A stretch of DNA of 64,000 nt from Hypanus sabinus (lineage: Eukaryota): the NCBI RefSeq assembly GCF_030144855.1, contig NC_082721.1, forward strand, positions 28,644,001-28,708,000. Direction: 5' to 3'. This document shows positions 25,583 to 38,199 of the stretch, piece by piece. The notes beneath the pieces were generated by a model. The model was not told the origin of the DNA. It did not search any database and saw nothing but the letters and a program-made list of their open reading frames with translations. Every line of letters starts with the position of its first letter. The stretch's first letter is position 1. The position numbers and the translations under genes are program-made.

Positions 25583-26431
25583 ATAACAATTACAGCACGG
25601 AAATAGGCCATCTCGGCCCTTCTAGTCCATGCCGAACACTTACTCTCACCTAGTCCCACCGACCTGCACTCAGCCCATAACCCTCCATTCCTTTCCTGTC
25701 CATATACCTATCCAATTTTTTTTCTTCTACTGGAAGCTCGTTCCACACAGCTACCACTCTCTGAGTAAAGAAGTTCTGCCTCATGTTACCCCTAAACTTT
25801 TGCCCCTTGACTCTCAACTCATGTCCTCTTGTTTGAATCTCCCCTACTCTCAATGGAAAAAGCCTATCCATGTCAATTCTATCTATCCCTCTCATAATTT
25901 TAAATACCTCTATCAAGTCCACCCTCAACCTTCTGCACTCCAAAGAATAAAGACCTAACTTGTTCAACCTTTCTCTGTAACTTAGGTGCTCAAACCCACG
26001 TAACATTCTAGTAAATCTCCTCTGTAATCTATTTTGTTGACATCTTTCCTATAATTCGGTGACCAGAACTGTACACAATACTCCAAATTTGGCCTCACCA
26101 ATGCCTTGTACAATTTTAAAATTACATCCTAACTCCTATACTCAATGCTCTGATTTATAAAGGCCAGCATATCAAAAGCTTTCTTCACCACCCTATCCAC
26201 ATGAGATTCCACCTTCATGGAACTATGCACCATTATTCCTAGATCACTCTGTTCTACTGCATTCCTCAATGCCCTACCATTTACCATGTATGTCCTATTT
26301 TGATTAGTCCTACCAAAATGTAGCACCTCACACTTATCAGCATTAAACTCCATCTGCCATCACTCAGCGCACTCTTCTAACTGGCCGAAATCTCTTTGCA
26401 AGCTTTGTAAACCTACTTCATTATCCACAAT
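25583..26431 (-). mobile_element. CR1-clade LINE, 5'-truncated
   Basis: ORFs 26129-26353 (MEFNADKCEVLHFG) and 25650-26006 (LSYRERLNKLGLYSLE...FFTQRVVAVWNELP); flanked by CATAACCAT duplication. Confidence 0.93.
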
Positions 26432-26723
26432 CATAACCATCACAGTGCACGTATGCTACATGTATACAGTAGCCACATAAATACATGAACAACACACTCA
26501 TAGTTTACCTATACCTGCTCTTCACTCCACTGTACACATAACAGTTGCACACTTGTACCTGTATTTTGCATTCTACATACACTTGCAGGTGCACAAACAC
26601 AGGCCCACACAGACACAAACTAACAATACATAGTAATAAACAATGGACAGTCATACAGACACTCTCACATTTGCACATACAGATGAAAACTAACAGACAC
26701 TCACAAGCCATGAACACACAGGC

Positions 26724-26724
26724 A

Positions 26725-26755
<31 letters not shown>

Positions 26756-26756
26756 T
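26724..26756. repeat. (CT)n(CA)n compound microsatellite
   Basis: Visible directly. Confidence 0.9.
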
Positions 26757-27289
26757 TTAAACACATGAATATACAGTGATCTTCTTTCTTTCCTCTGTCT
26801 GAGCCGCAAATGTTTGCCAGGTGGGATTATGTCAATGTACTTAGGTCCAAGAATTGGCCTAAGAAACACTTGCTATTTAATAAAACTATTCACTGAGAGA
26901 CTGCTGTTGGATCACTTAGGGGAGGATCTGTCTATTTGATTGACCATTAAACATTGATTTCTAACCAATGTTCCAATACGAGTTTGTGTGGGGTTTATGT
27001 CAATCATAAAGAAGAAGCTTACGTTTCTTAAGTCCCTTTCTCAATGTTGGTGTGGAATATACTATTGAGGTGCAGTCCCTGTTCTAACATAAGAACGTAT
27101 GGAAGCCAGTTTGTGTGTTGAAAGCTCCCCACAAACCAAAATGTGATAATGGCCAAATATTAATTTAGAAGGTTGGACAATTCTCCTCTGAAATCCATTA
27201 TTTGTGGAGTGGAATACAATGGACCACACTGGTTTGCAAATTCAATGGGACACAATCTGGGCATCAGGTGAGCATCGAATGATGCTGCC

Positions 27290-27462
27290 CCCACTTCCTA
27301 ACTCTGACTCCTCATTTTTTTCATCTCCAGTCCTGCCGAAGGAGCTCGGCCCGTATCATCAACTGTACTCTTTTCCATGGATGCTGCCTGGCCTGCTGAG
27401 TTCCTCCAGCATTTTGTGCATGTTGCTTGGATTTCTAGCATCTGCAGATTTTCTCATGTTTG
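27290..27462 (+). mobile_element. Penelope terminal fragment with degenerate hammerhead
   Basis: CAGTCCTGCCGAAGGAGCTCGGCCCG...GATGCTGCCTGGCCTGCTGAGTTCCTCCAGCATTTTG. Confidence 0.8.
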
Positions 27463-27782
27463 TTATCCCAGTGAATCTCCTCTATACAATCTCGATGCAA
27501 TTAGTTCCTTCCTATGGTTTGATAGCCAGTCTATAGTTTATAGTCTAACCAACGTTCTATAAAATTGTACCGTAACCTCCCAGCCGCTAAGGACTCTATC
27601 CTAATGAATGGAGGCAAGTATCCAAAACGCCGCCTTCACCACTTTATGGGCTGATATCTGCAGGAACCCTTAGTCTTTCCCACCAAAGTCTCTCTGTCCC
27701 CCAGGTCTGACCACTCATTGTGTACGTATGTCCTACCCTTAATGGTCCTTCCAAAGTATCACCACATACCCATCAGGATTAA

Positions 27783-27979
27783 GCAACACACACAAAATGC
27801 TGGAGGAACTCAGCAAGCCAGGCAGCATCTGTGGAAAAAAGTACAGTCGATGTTTCAGGATGAGACCCTTCCGCAGGACTGTACTTTTTCCGTACATGCT
27901 GCCTGGCCTGCTGAGTTCCTCCAGCATTTTGTGTGTGGTGCTTTGGATTTCCAGCATCTGCAGATTTTCTCTTGTTTGC
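27783..27979. mobile_element. Fold-back Penelope-terminus element with degenerate hammerhead motif
   Basis: 6-bp TSD GATTAA (27777-27782, 27980-27985); long inverted arms; minus-strand CAGTCCTGCGGAAGGGTCTCATCCTGAAACATCGAC. Confidence 0.85.
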
Positions 27980-28829
27980 GATTAAATATTGTTCCTTTTG
28001 GAGCACTTCCAGGATAAACAGTTTTCAGGAGCACAATTCATTTTTAATAAGGATCCTTCAAACTTTGACCACACTCGGTGAAGTCCCATTGGTCGCCACC
28101 TCCTGTCTGCTTTCTCCACTCCCTGCAGGAATGAGTCCCCATTCTCACCTTCTCTCTGAAGTCTGGGAAAGATGTTAGTCCTAAGTACTTGAATAAATTC
28201 ATCAGCAAATATCCGTGGGTGACAGATTTCTAGTTCTGCTCTTCCCCACAAGAGGAAACATTCTCAGCACCAGTTCTGTCAAAACCTTTCCAAAATTTTA
28301 AAATCCCCTGTCAGATTAATGCTCAGAATTCTCTCTTAACAAGAGAAGATGCCTATTCAGTTCCTCCTGAAGGATATAATCGCACAGTTCTTGAATCATC
28401 TTTGAAAATATTTTTGTTAGCTTTCCAGTGTCCATGTATTAGTTTTATCATTTGTCTTTATTGTTAGATTGAAATGGATTTTAAGATCTTTGCTTATTTG
28501 CAGAAATTATTAAATCTAAATTGGAGTCAGTGAACCCACATAAGCCAGAAATTAAACCTCTAAAGGAGAGGTTATTAATTGTGGAGAATACCATTGTTAA
28601 TCCTTAATAAAGGAAGTGAGGCAAAGTGAATGAATGAATGAATGAATGAATAAAATTAATTTATTTCAGTCAGCACAAACATAACAAAAAGCATCATTTA
28701 CAACGATTTCATAACGATGATTTCATAGGACAAAACTACAACAAATCATTGTAAATCACTGTTTAATCCCCAGTTGTGGCATTGTGCCCATTTTCAGACT
28801 AGGCCCTTCTGTGTATAGGGGGTTTACAG

Positions 28830-30035
28830 CAGGGACAAGGGACTTCAGTTCTGCAGAGAAATTGGGTTGTTTTTCTTAAGGGATTTCCAAATGTATAAAG
28901 CATCCCAAAACATTAAATGAGGGAAACTGAAGCTGAGGACATCGAGTGAAGGCAGTGGAAGGAGAATCAGAGGGGAGGAGAGGAAATTTTTTGAAGTGAT
29001 GGGTTGTGTATTTGGCGCATTCTTCCAAAAGGGATGTTGAGACAGTGTCACCAGATATCTTCAAAAAACAATTGGTGAATAAATGAAGTGGAAAATACGC
29101 AGGGTTGAGCAAGAGAATGGGACTGGTCATATGCTCTATCATAGAGCTGGAATAGGTCCCAGGGATCAAGAAGCCTCTGCTGTATTGTGGGCTTCCATGA
29201 ACATCTAAGGCCGAATCCTGCTAAGTCCATGGGGCCACCAACTAAAAGCCTGATTGGACCAACTCCAGCCACAACATCGCGCAGAAGAGAAACGATGTGT
29301 AGCTTGTGATCCAGGGCTCAGACACAAGGCACTTCCGGCAGTTACAAGATTAGTCATGAAGTATGCTTCCTCGACCTTCATCCAGACACACATCCACAGT
29401 AACTTCTTGGCCATTATCCCAGAATGTATAAATTCAGCGTCAGGTTCTAAGATGGCACACAAACACCAAAGGAGGCAGCAACACCCATCACACAGCCACT
29501 TCCGTGCACAATGTTCCACGGAAGTATGACATCCTGTGTTTGGTCCATTCTCAGGGAGTTAAAATAAAGAAACGCTCAACAAGAGTGGGAGAGAGTGGGG
29601 GCAGCGGGGGCAGTATATAACAGATGGGAGTTCTTTAATACGAACAGAGATGAGAGAGCTGCCCTGAATGTCCATTGAGAAGAGGTCAAGCAGGGCAGGT
29701 CTGGTACCCCTGGATTTCTGACGAATAAAAGACTATTTCAGTGAGATACACAAGATTCTGAAAGGGACTGACAGGAGAAATGCTGAGAAACTGTTCCGTA
29801 ATTGGGAGGACAGCCTTAGAGCAAAGGGTCAGAGGAGCAGAAATTCCTTCCCTCTGAGAATTACTGGAATTCTCCCTCCCAGTGCATCACGGACTCTTGG
29901 TCATTGAGTGAATTCAAGGTAAAATTTCTAGATGTTTAGAATTTAGAGAGATCGGGAATATGGGGATCAAACTACAAAATGGATTTCAAGTAGAGGATAT
30001 GGCCTGATATGACATAATGGTGTGGATTCCTTTCC
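28830..30035 (+). mobile_element. Two degraded CR1 3' fragments (~28830-29190 and ~29640-30035) flanking a unique island
   Basis: Similar to the CR1 ORF2 end and 3' UTR elsewhere in the window. Confidence 0.6.
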
Positions 30036-30734
30036 TAAGATGGCTTTATATATTCACCTGACATCTGAGCATCTGCGGATGAGCACAATGTTTTCCACAA
30101 TGGCATCAGTACTTGGACAGGTACCTGGACACACAAGAAATATTCAGTAAAAAGAATTGTAGGAAGTAATTGAAATAAGGAAAGTCTCTTGGGTGAAACA
30201 AAAGTGACATTAAAATTGATAAACTGCATCCTCAAACTTCCGGAAATTGGGTCCAGTTTTAACTGCAGTTAGAATCATAGTTAACAGCTGGTGGATCAAA
30301 CAAGGATCAAACTGGAAATTAGTCAAGTGTTGACAGTGTACAGTATATCTATTTCGGTTTCAATTAGCCTCACCTCAGTAATGGTACTCCTAAACCTAAG
30401 TCTGAAGAAATGTCCCACATCAAAGGCTTCAGCTAAGAAATCCAGACTGTCAGAGATCTATAAATCTTTAGCCATTAAGTGAATAAAGGAGCACAGAGTT
30501 AGTGCAGGAATGTGGCACAGAGATAGAAGTTGTTGAACTAGTATGTCTCCTGGTCTCCACTTTCAGGGTTACCCCCTTTCATCATTTTGTCTGTTCTTCA
30601 GTGTGTGTGGGCAAATAGCCCACCTGTGCTTCTATTACTAATCCTCTAAAGTTCACACAGAGAGTAGCTGGGTTGTTTGTCCCCTTATTACGCAGAACTA
30701 CACGGGACATATAATACAAGAACAGGGCTTCCTC

Positions 30735-31375
30735 ATCCATGGTGAGGAAGGCAAATGCCATATTAGCATTCATTTCAAGGGGTCTAGAATACAAGAACTA
30801 GGAAGTGATGCTGAACACCTTGAATGTCATGAACAGTTTTGGGCCCCTCATCTTAGCAAAAATGTGCTGGCATTGGAAAGGACCCAGAGGAGGTTCACAA
30901 AGATAATTCAGGAATGAAAGGGTTATCATATGAGGAACGTTTGATGGCTCTGGGTCTGCACTTGCTGGAATTCAGAAGGATGGTGGGGGGGGGGGGTGGA
31001 ATCTCATTGAAACTTTTCGAATGTTGAAAGGCCTAGACAGAGTAGATGTGGTAAGGATGTTTCCCATGGTGGGAGAGTCTAGGGCAAGAGGGCACAGCCT
31101 CAGGATAGAGGGGCGCCCTTTCAAAACAGAGAAATTTATTTAGCCAAAGGATGGTGAATTTGTTGCCACATGCAGCTGTGGAAGCCAAGTCACACAGTGT
31201 ACTTGAGGCAGAGATTGATAGGTTCTTGATTGGACATGGCATCAAAGGTTACGGGGAGAAGGTCAGGAACTGGGGTTGAAGAGGGAGCAAAAAAAAAGGA
31301 TCAGCCATAATTGAATGGCGGAGCAGACTCGATGGGCCAGATGGCCTAATTCTGCTCCTATGTCTTATGGTCATT
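30735..31375 (+). mobile_element. CR1-clade LINE 3' fragment
   Basis: GTGAGGAAGGCAAATGC...GAGGAGGTTCACAA...; tail GCCTAATTCTGCTCCTATGTCTTATGG. Confidence 0.88.
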
Positions 31376-31744
31376 TATGCTCCCTCCTCCCAATCTATCA
31401 GTGTAGCCCTCTATTCCCTTCTCCTTCACAGACTCCTTGTAAGTGCATCTGGACTATTCCCCTCTCCCTTAACCTGAGGTGGTGAGTTCTACAATCCCAC
31501 CATTCTTAAGGTAAAGATTATTCAGAATTTCCTGTTGGAGTGACTACCTTATTTCAATGCCCTCTTCCGCACAAGTGGAAAAAAATCTCTCAGCATCCAC
31601 TCCAAAAAACCCTCTATTACATTAAAGACCTCTAATGGGCTTCCATTCAGCCCCCTTTGCTCAAGGAAAAAGACCCCCAGTCTGCTCACCCTTTCCTGAT
31701 ACCGTTTGTAAATTCCTGCACCTCCTCCAGTGCCTCTAGACCTT

Positions 31745-32020
31745 TGAACAACCCAGCAGTTGCTGCAGTCGTCCACTTTTGTACTGCGTCTTCTAAGGTC
31801 ACCATCGACTCATTCACTGAGACATGCAAAGTGATGGGTCTTACGTGCAACATCAACAAAACAGAAGTTCCTTTACCAACCCAGCTCTCACTGCACAGGA
31901 TTATCTTCCCACTCTAAAGCTCCCCGATAGCAATGAATCTTGTAAACTGTTTCTTTCTGTGACAGAGTTGCAGGCACATGGAAATTTATAGAAATTTACA
32001 ACACGGAACAAGTTGTTCAC
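31745..32020 (+). mobile_element. Degraded RTE RT fragment
   Basis: IDSFTETCKVMGLTCNINKTEV resembles the RTE post-YADD segment (compare GLTISLKKT at 62262). Confidence 0.6.
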
Positions 32021-32061
32021 ACTGTCTAGAAACCTCCCCACTTGCTTATCTCTTTAAGACC

Positions 32062-32405
32062 AGAAGACATTGGAGCAGAATTAGGCCACTTGACCCATTG
32101 GGTCTGCTCCACCATTTAATTACAACCACTTTATTTGCCTTCCTAACCACATTCCTCTGTCTTCTCCCCATAACCTTTGATCCCCTTACTAATTAAGTAT
32201 CTATCAACCTCTGCTTTAAATACACCCAGTGACTGAGCCTCTACATTCATCTGTGGCAATGAATTCCACCTTCTGGGTAACAAATTCTTCCTCCTCTCTG
32301 TTGTAAATGAACATCCTTCCATTCTGAGGCTGTGTCCTCTGGTCCTAGACTCTCCCCCTATTGGAGACATAATCTGGACATTCATTCTATCGAGGCCTTT
32401 CAATA
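32062..32405 (-). mobile_element. CR1-clade LINE 3' fragment
   Basis: ORF 32143-32403 (-) KGLDR...GESRTRGHSLR...WNSLP...FKAEVDRYL. Confidence 0.88.
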
Positions 32406-33559
32406 TGAAGGATCAGTTTGGAATAAAGAGGGAGGTTTACCCCATGGACAAGCTCAGTCTGGCTGTGAAAGTGATGGGGCCACACAGTGGGAGCTGCTGT
32501 CCAGGCACGGGCATAAAATTTGTACAGCATCTCAACCCATGAGCCCACCTCTTTCCCACCACAAGTGGGCCATGCTATTTTAAGACGAAGGAGTTCAGTA
32601 AGCTTGTCCTCTGTTTCACAGAAACTTAACAAGTCATTTCATTTTCAGGAGGTGAAGTGAAGCCAGCCGTAAATCGAAATTTGCTGCTGCGGCTCAAGTC
32701 CAGACTAAACAGCAGCCGCATTCTTTCACTCGCCGCTAAATAGTTTTGTGAAAGCGCAAGTATTTTCACCAGAATTATAATCAGTCGCCAAAGAGGAGGC
32801 AGACAAAGGCGTTTGTTCAGGTTGAGGGTAATGAGGAAAGCAGAGGACCTTCTACACTGCTGCAGGAGGGAAAAGGAATCTCCCTGGGGCAGTTTTAATC
32901 AAATTTCTGTGTCAGATTTATTAAATACCGTCAACTGCTGAAGCAGATAATCATCATGCAGTTCCAAATTGGAAAACACCTCAGTGGAGAATTGGTTTTC
33001 TTTGAAGTTTATTCTGCAGAAACATAAAAAGAATCATTTTCACTCAAGGATGAATAAGGAAGGAATCTTGAACAACAAAAAATTCTGCATTGCTTTCCTG
33101 ATGAATAACCATTCAGTTCGGCAACGTGAGATAAGCACCATTCATAGAAAAGTTTGGGGATGGAAATTTGCTTCACTGGGATTGAGCATTAGGAGTAGAG
33201 GATCTCAGTACTATTGTGGCCCATTTTCCCGCAAATTTCTAATCCATGGATTTTTAGGCAATTTAGCCCATCTTGCCTGCCGTCCTTCGGATGAAACATT
33301 AGATAGAAGTCCCTCCTAAAGGTCGGAACTGGAGGATTGCAGAGAGTGTGAAGAGGAATAGGACTAGAGGATGCTTCGGAACTGCAGAGGGATGAGAGCA
33401 AAGACGAGAATATTGTAAATGTTGTAAAGACGGTTGTTTTGTAGCAGCAGTATAGTGCAATACATAAAGAATTATTAAAAGTTACAGGAAGATTTTTTTA
33501 ATCTATAAATATTACAAAAAAAAAGCAAATTAGTGTTCCTGGGTAGTGAGGTAGAATTT

Positions 33560-36500
33560 TAAATTCAAGACATTGTTTAAGTTGCTGTTACCTATAACAA
33601 TAATTTGGATGAGAACATACAATTAGCTAAGTTTGCAGAATACACCTAAACAGATAGTATTATTGGCAGTGAAGAGTTTACCCAGTGATCTTGATCAGCT
33701 AGGCAAATAGGCCAAGAAAATGCATATAGAAGTTAATCATAGAATGTGAGGTGTTTCCTTTTAAGAAGTCAAATGACATTCTCATGAATGGAAGAGTCGT
33801 TGGGAGTGTTGTAGAACTCAGGGACCTTGGTGTGCAAGAGCATGGTTTCCTGACAGTAATGTTACAGGTAGATGAGACAATGAAGAGGGCTTTTGGACAC
33901 TGACCCTCATGAGTGCAGACAGAACTTGGAGTATTAGGTTGCCGTTTTGATCACCCTGCTATAGGAATAATGCCTTTAAGCTGGAAAGCATGCAGAAAAG
34001 ATTTATGTGAAGGCTATCGATATTTGTGGGACTGAGTTATGAGGAAAGGTTGAGCAGATTGGGACTTGGTTCACTGGTGTGAGGGAGAATGAGAGGTGAT
34101 CTTTCACGGTTCTTTACACCTCTGTGAGTTCAACGCGCACAGTCTGTTTCCTGGGATTAGGAATTTGGCATGGGTTTAAACTACGAGGGGAGAGATTTAA
34201 TAGGAACTTGAGGGAACCTTTTTCACTCCAAGGGTAGTCAGTAGATGGAATAATCTGCCAGAGGAAGGTACGTTTACAACAATTCAAACTTACTTGAACA
34301 GGTACAGAGAAAATTGAAGCTACAGCTTGAGGACCTTCAGCTCATATGGGAGACTGAGATGATAAGTAGGAGCTACGGGGAGGTAGTCAAACCCTAAATT
34401 ACAGGAGGGAGGTGACTGGGTGACTGTCAGGAGAAGGAAGGGAAATGGGCAGCTGGTTCAGGGTGCCCCTGCGGCCAATCCCCTCAATAGCAAATATACC
34501 GCTTTGGGTGGGGAATGACCTACCAGAAGAAGGTCTTAGCAACATGATCTTTGGCACTGAGTCTGTCTCTGTGGCTCAGAAAGGAAGGGGGAGAAAAGGA
34601 GTTCAGTAGTGATAGGTGATTTGATAAATTTGAGGAGCAGACAGCAGATTCTTTGGACATGCAAGAGACACCAAGATGCCTTGCAGGTGCCAGGGTCAGG
34701 GATGTCTCGAGTCGGGTCCACAGCTTTCTAAAACAGAAAGCTGAACAACCGGAAGTCACAGTACATACTGGTACCAACAACCTAGGTAGGAAAAGGGAGG
34801 AGGTCCTGAAGAAAGAATATAGGGAGGTGGGTAGAAAGCTGAAAAGCAGGATCTCTAGGGTAGTAATCTCTGGATTGCTGCCCGTGTCATGTGCCAGTGA
34901 GGGTAAGAATAAGAAGATTTGCAGCTGAATTTGCGGCTGAGGAACAGGTGCAGGGAGCAGGGGTTCAGATCTCAGGATCATTGGGATCTCTTCAAAAGCT
35001 GTACAAAAGGGATGGGTTACACCTGAACCCAAGGGGGATGAATATCCTTGTGGGTAGGTTTGCTGAAGCTGCTGAGGAGGGTTTAAACTAATTTGACAGG
35101 GTGGTGGGAACCAGAGTGATAGGGCTGAAGATGGGGCAGTTAGTATACAACTAGATGTAGTGTGTAGTGAGACTGTGAGGAAGGACAGGCAGATGATATG
35201 GCAGAATTGTAGTCAGTGGGATGAGTTGCAATGTAATGGGGGACAAAATTGACAAGGATGATAAATACAGGATTGAAGGTGTTAAATTTGAATGCACGTA
35301 GTATTTGGAATAAAGTAGATGAACTTGTAGCACAGTTAGAGATTGGCAGGTATGATTTGTGAGCATCATGAAGTCATGGCTGAGGGAAGATTATAGCTGG
35401 GAGCTTGATACACATTGTATCGAAAGGAAAGGTGGATAGGCAGAGGGGGTGGCGTTGCTCTGTTGGTAAAATCAAATCCTGAGAAAGAGGCAACATAGGA
35501 TCGGAGGGTGTAGAATCCTTATGGGTAGAGCTAGGGAACTGCAAGGGTAAGACCTTGATGGGAGTTACATACTGGCCTCTGAACAGGAGCAAAGATGTGG
35601 GCTGCAAATTACAATGGGACAGAGAAAAGGCATGTCAAAGCGGCAATGTTACAATAGTCAAGGGGGATTTCAATATGCGGATAGATTGGAAAAATTAGGC
35701 TTGTGCTGGACCCCAAGAGAGAGAATTTGCAGAATGTCCATGAGGTGGCTTTTTCGAGCAGCTCATGGTTGAGCTTACTAGGGGATCAGCTATTCTGGAT
35801 TGAGTATTTTTCAATTAATTATAAGTAACTACAGAGCTTAAGGTAAAGGAACCCTTAGGAGACAGTAATTATATGATAGAATTCACCCTGCAATTTGAGA
35901 GGGTGAAGCTAAAGTCAGATGTATCAGTATTACAGTGGAGTAAAGGGCATGAGAGAGGAGCTGGCCCAAGTTGATTGAAAGGGATGATGGCAGAGCAGCA
36001 ATGGGTTAGAATTTCTGGGAACAATTTAGAAGGCACAAGATAGATACATTCCAAAGAAGAAATATTCTAATGGCAGGATGATGCACCTATGGCTGACATG
36101 GGAAATCAAAACAAATATAAAAGCCAAAGAGCAGGCAGATAATAGAGCAAAAACTAGTGGAAAGTTAGAGGATTGGGAAGTTTTCAAAAACCAATGGAAG
36201 GCAACTAAAAATGTCATAAAGAGGAAAAATATGGAATATGAAGGCAAGCTAGCCAATAATATTAAGGAGGATACCAAAAGCTTCTTCAAATATATACAGA
36301 GTAAAAGAGAGGTGTGAGTAGATGTCCCACTACTGGAGAGGTAGTAATGGGGGCCAAGGAAATGGCAGATGAATTGAATAAGTATTGTGAGAAGTTTTGA
36401 GCCCACTAGCTAAGAAAGGATGTGCTAACATTGGAGAGGGTTCAGTTGAGGTTCATGAGAATGATTCTGGGGTTACCATATGAGGGGCATTTGATGGCTC

Positions 36501-36985
36501 TGGACCTCTACTCATTAGAATTGAGAAGAATAGGGGGGGGGGGAATCTCATTGAAACCTACAGAATATTGAAAGGCCTCAATAGAGCAGATTTGGAAAGG
36601 ATGGTTCCTTTGTGGGGAAGTCTAGGACCAGAGCGCACAGCCTCAGAATAGAAAGACATACATTTAGAATGGAGATTGGGAAGAATTTATTCAGCCAGAG
36701 TGGTGAATTGTCACAGGGAGTTGTGGAGGCCAGGCCATTGGGTATATTCAAGGTAGGGTTTGATAAGTTCTTGATTAGTCAAGGCATGAAGGGTTTCAGG
36801 GAGAAGGCAGATGACTAAGGCCGAGAAGGATTAGGATCCAAGGTGAAACGGTGGAGCAGACTCGATAGGCCAAATGGCCTAACTCTGCTCCTATATCTTA
36901 TGGCAACCAGGACTAGTTTAGGTGGGAATTTTGCTTAGCATGGACCAGTTGGGTTGAAAGGCCTGTTGACCTTATGACTATGGTG
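33560..36985 (+). mobile_element. Cluster of CR1 pieces: degraded RT (33560-34310), ORF1 esterase-like plus ORF2 endonuclease region (34310-36385), 3' fragments (36395-36985)
   Basis: CLAGARVRDV...VHTGTNNLG...VVISGLLPV and DGLHLN (SGNH-esterase-like ORF1); NARSI, GDFN-like and NIKEDTKSFFKYI ORF2 motifs; multiple stops and frameshifts. Confidence 0.88.
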
Positions 36986-37769
36986 TGGGCCAGTAAGAAA
37001 GAGGTGACGGCTGGATGAAGTTTGGTGTGACTTCAGATGAAGCATTAGGGTTTTCAATCAATGTTGGCCAGAAGATCACTGGAATAAGATCAGAACAGGA
37101 CTCAGGGGGCCGTGAGCTGAGGGAAGCTGTTGGACAATGTTGTGGCAGCAAGGGTAGGTAAGCTTAGATCATCTGGTTATTATCCTATGAGAACTTACTG
37201 TGTACAAGTTGGCCGCAGTGCTTTCTGTAGAGACTATACTTCAAAAGTAATTCACCGGCTTTAAAGCTGATGGAATATTTTGAATTAGGCTCTGTATGAA
37301 GGCAAGCCACCCCAGTACTTGGAAATGCAGCCACCAAAGAGGGCTTGTCGAAGAAATCAATCAAAGGATTTTAATCCTCTTCCCTTCTTGTAGTCTTCTT
37401 GATTTGCAGAATTATCTTATAAACTACAGTGGGCTGTGAAAAGTGCCGAGACAAGCCCCATCATTTAGGAGAGAAATCTTGACTCATTAAAGGATGACTC
37501 ATTCATTCCGGCTCATGTTAATTCCCAGAAGCTGTCTTGTCAGATGATGGTAAAGTATTCCTATTTTCTCAAATTGTAATATTAGTTATTATGCACGCCA
37601 GCTGTTTTAGCAGCCAGTCTGAGCTCCCCAATGGGCTGGATACTGATCATTATTTCACTGCCTTTGAACATAAACTGAGTCAAAGCAGAACATGGAAGTA
37701 TCTGATTTCCTGGCATGTGGAGACCTCGAGTAGGTCAACGAGCCCAAGGAGTCACAGACCAATCAAATG

Positions 37770-38075
37770 AGCCATTTTACCTCCACTGGATGTTCAAAGA
37801 TTGCAGATCCACCCCAGAAGCACACAAGCTAGGCTGACCCTCCAGTGAAGTGCTACCTTTCAAATGAGATGCTTAACCAGGACCTTATTTACTTTCTCAG
37901 GCGGGTGCCCAACATTCAATTATTGCATCTTAAAGAAGATTATGTGAGTTCTCCCTGATGTTCTGGCTAATATTTAATACTAAGCAAACAAGCAACTGAT
38001 CGTTCCCATATTAACGTCAGTGGGAGCTTGCTGCACACGAATTTGCATTGCTTGCTCCAGTGACCACACTTCAGG
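37770..38075 (+). mobile_element. Old Deu-domain SINE remnant (SacSINE1/AmnSINE-like)
   Basis: GCTGACCCTCCAGTG...GTGCTACCTTTCAAATGAGATGCTTAACC...GTTCTCCCTGATGTTCTGGCTAATATTTA resembles the Deu core; related remnants near 21870-22015, 33275-33315, 37165-37310. Confidence 0.6.
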
Positions 38076-38199
38076 GTGGTGTCGTGGCAGAGCGTGTAGT
38101 GAACTGTATCACAGCTCCAGTAACCCACGTTTCATCCTGACCTCCTGTACCGACTGTGTGGAGTATGCACGCTCTCCACCTGCTCATTGAGGACATCTT

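Noticed and set aside
25038-25606. His/Thr-rich ORFs in all three plus frames
   Set aside because: Product of the C/A-rich 20-bp minisatellite.
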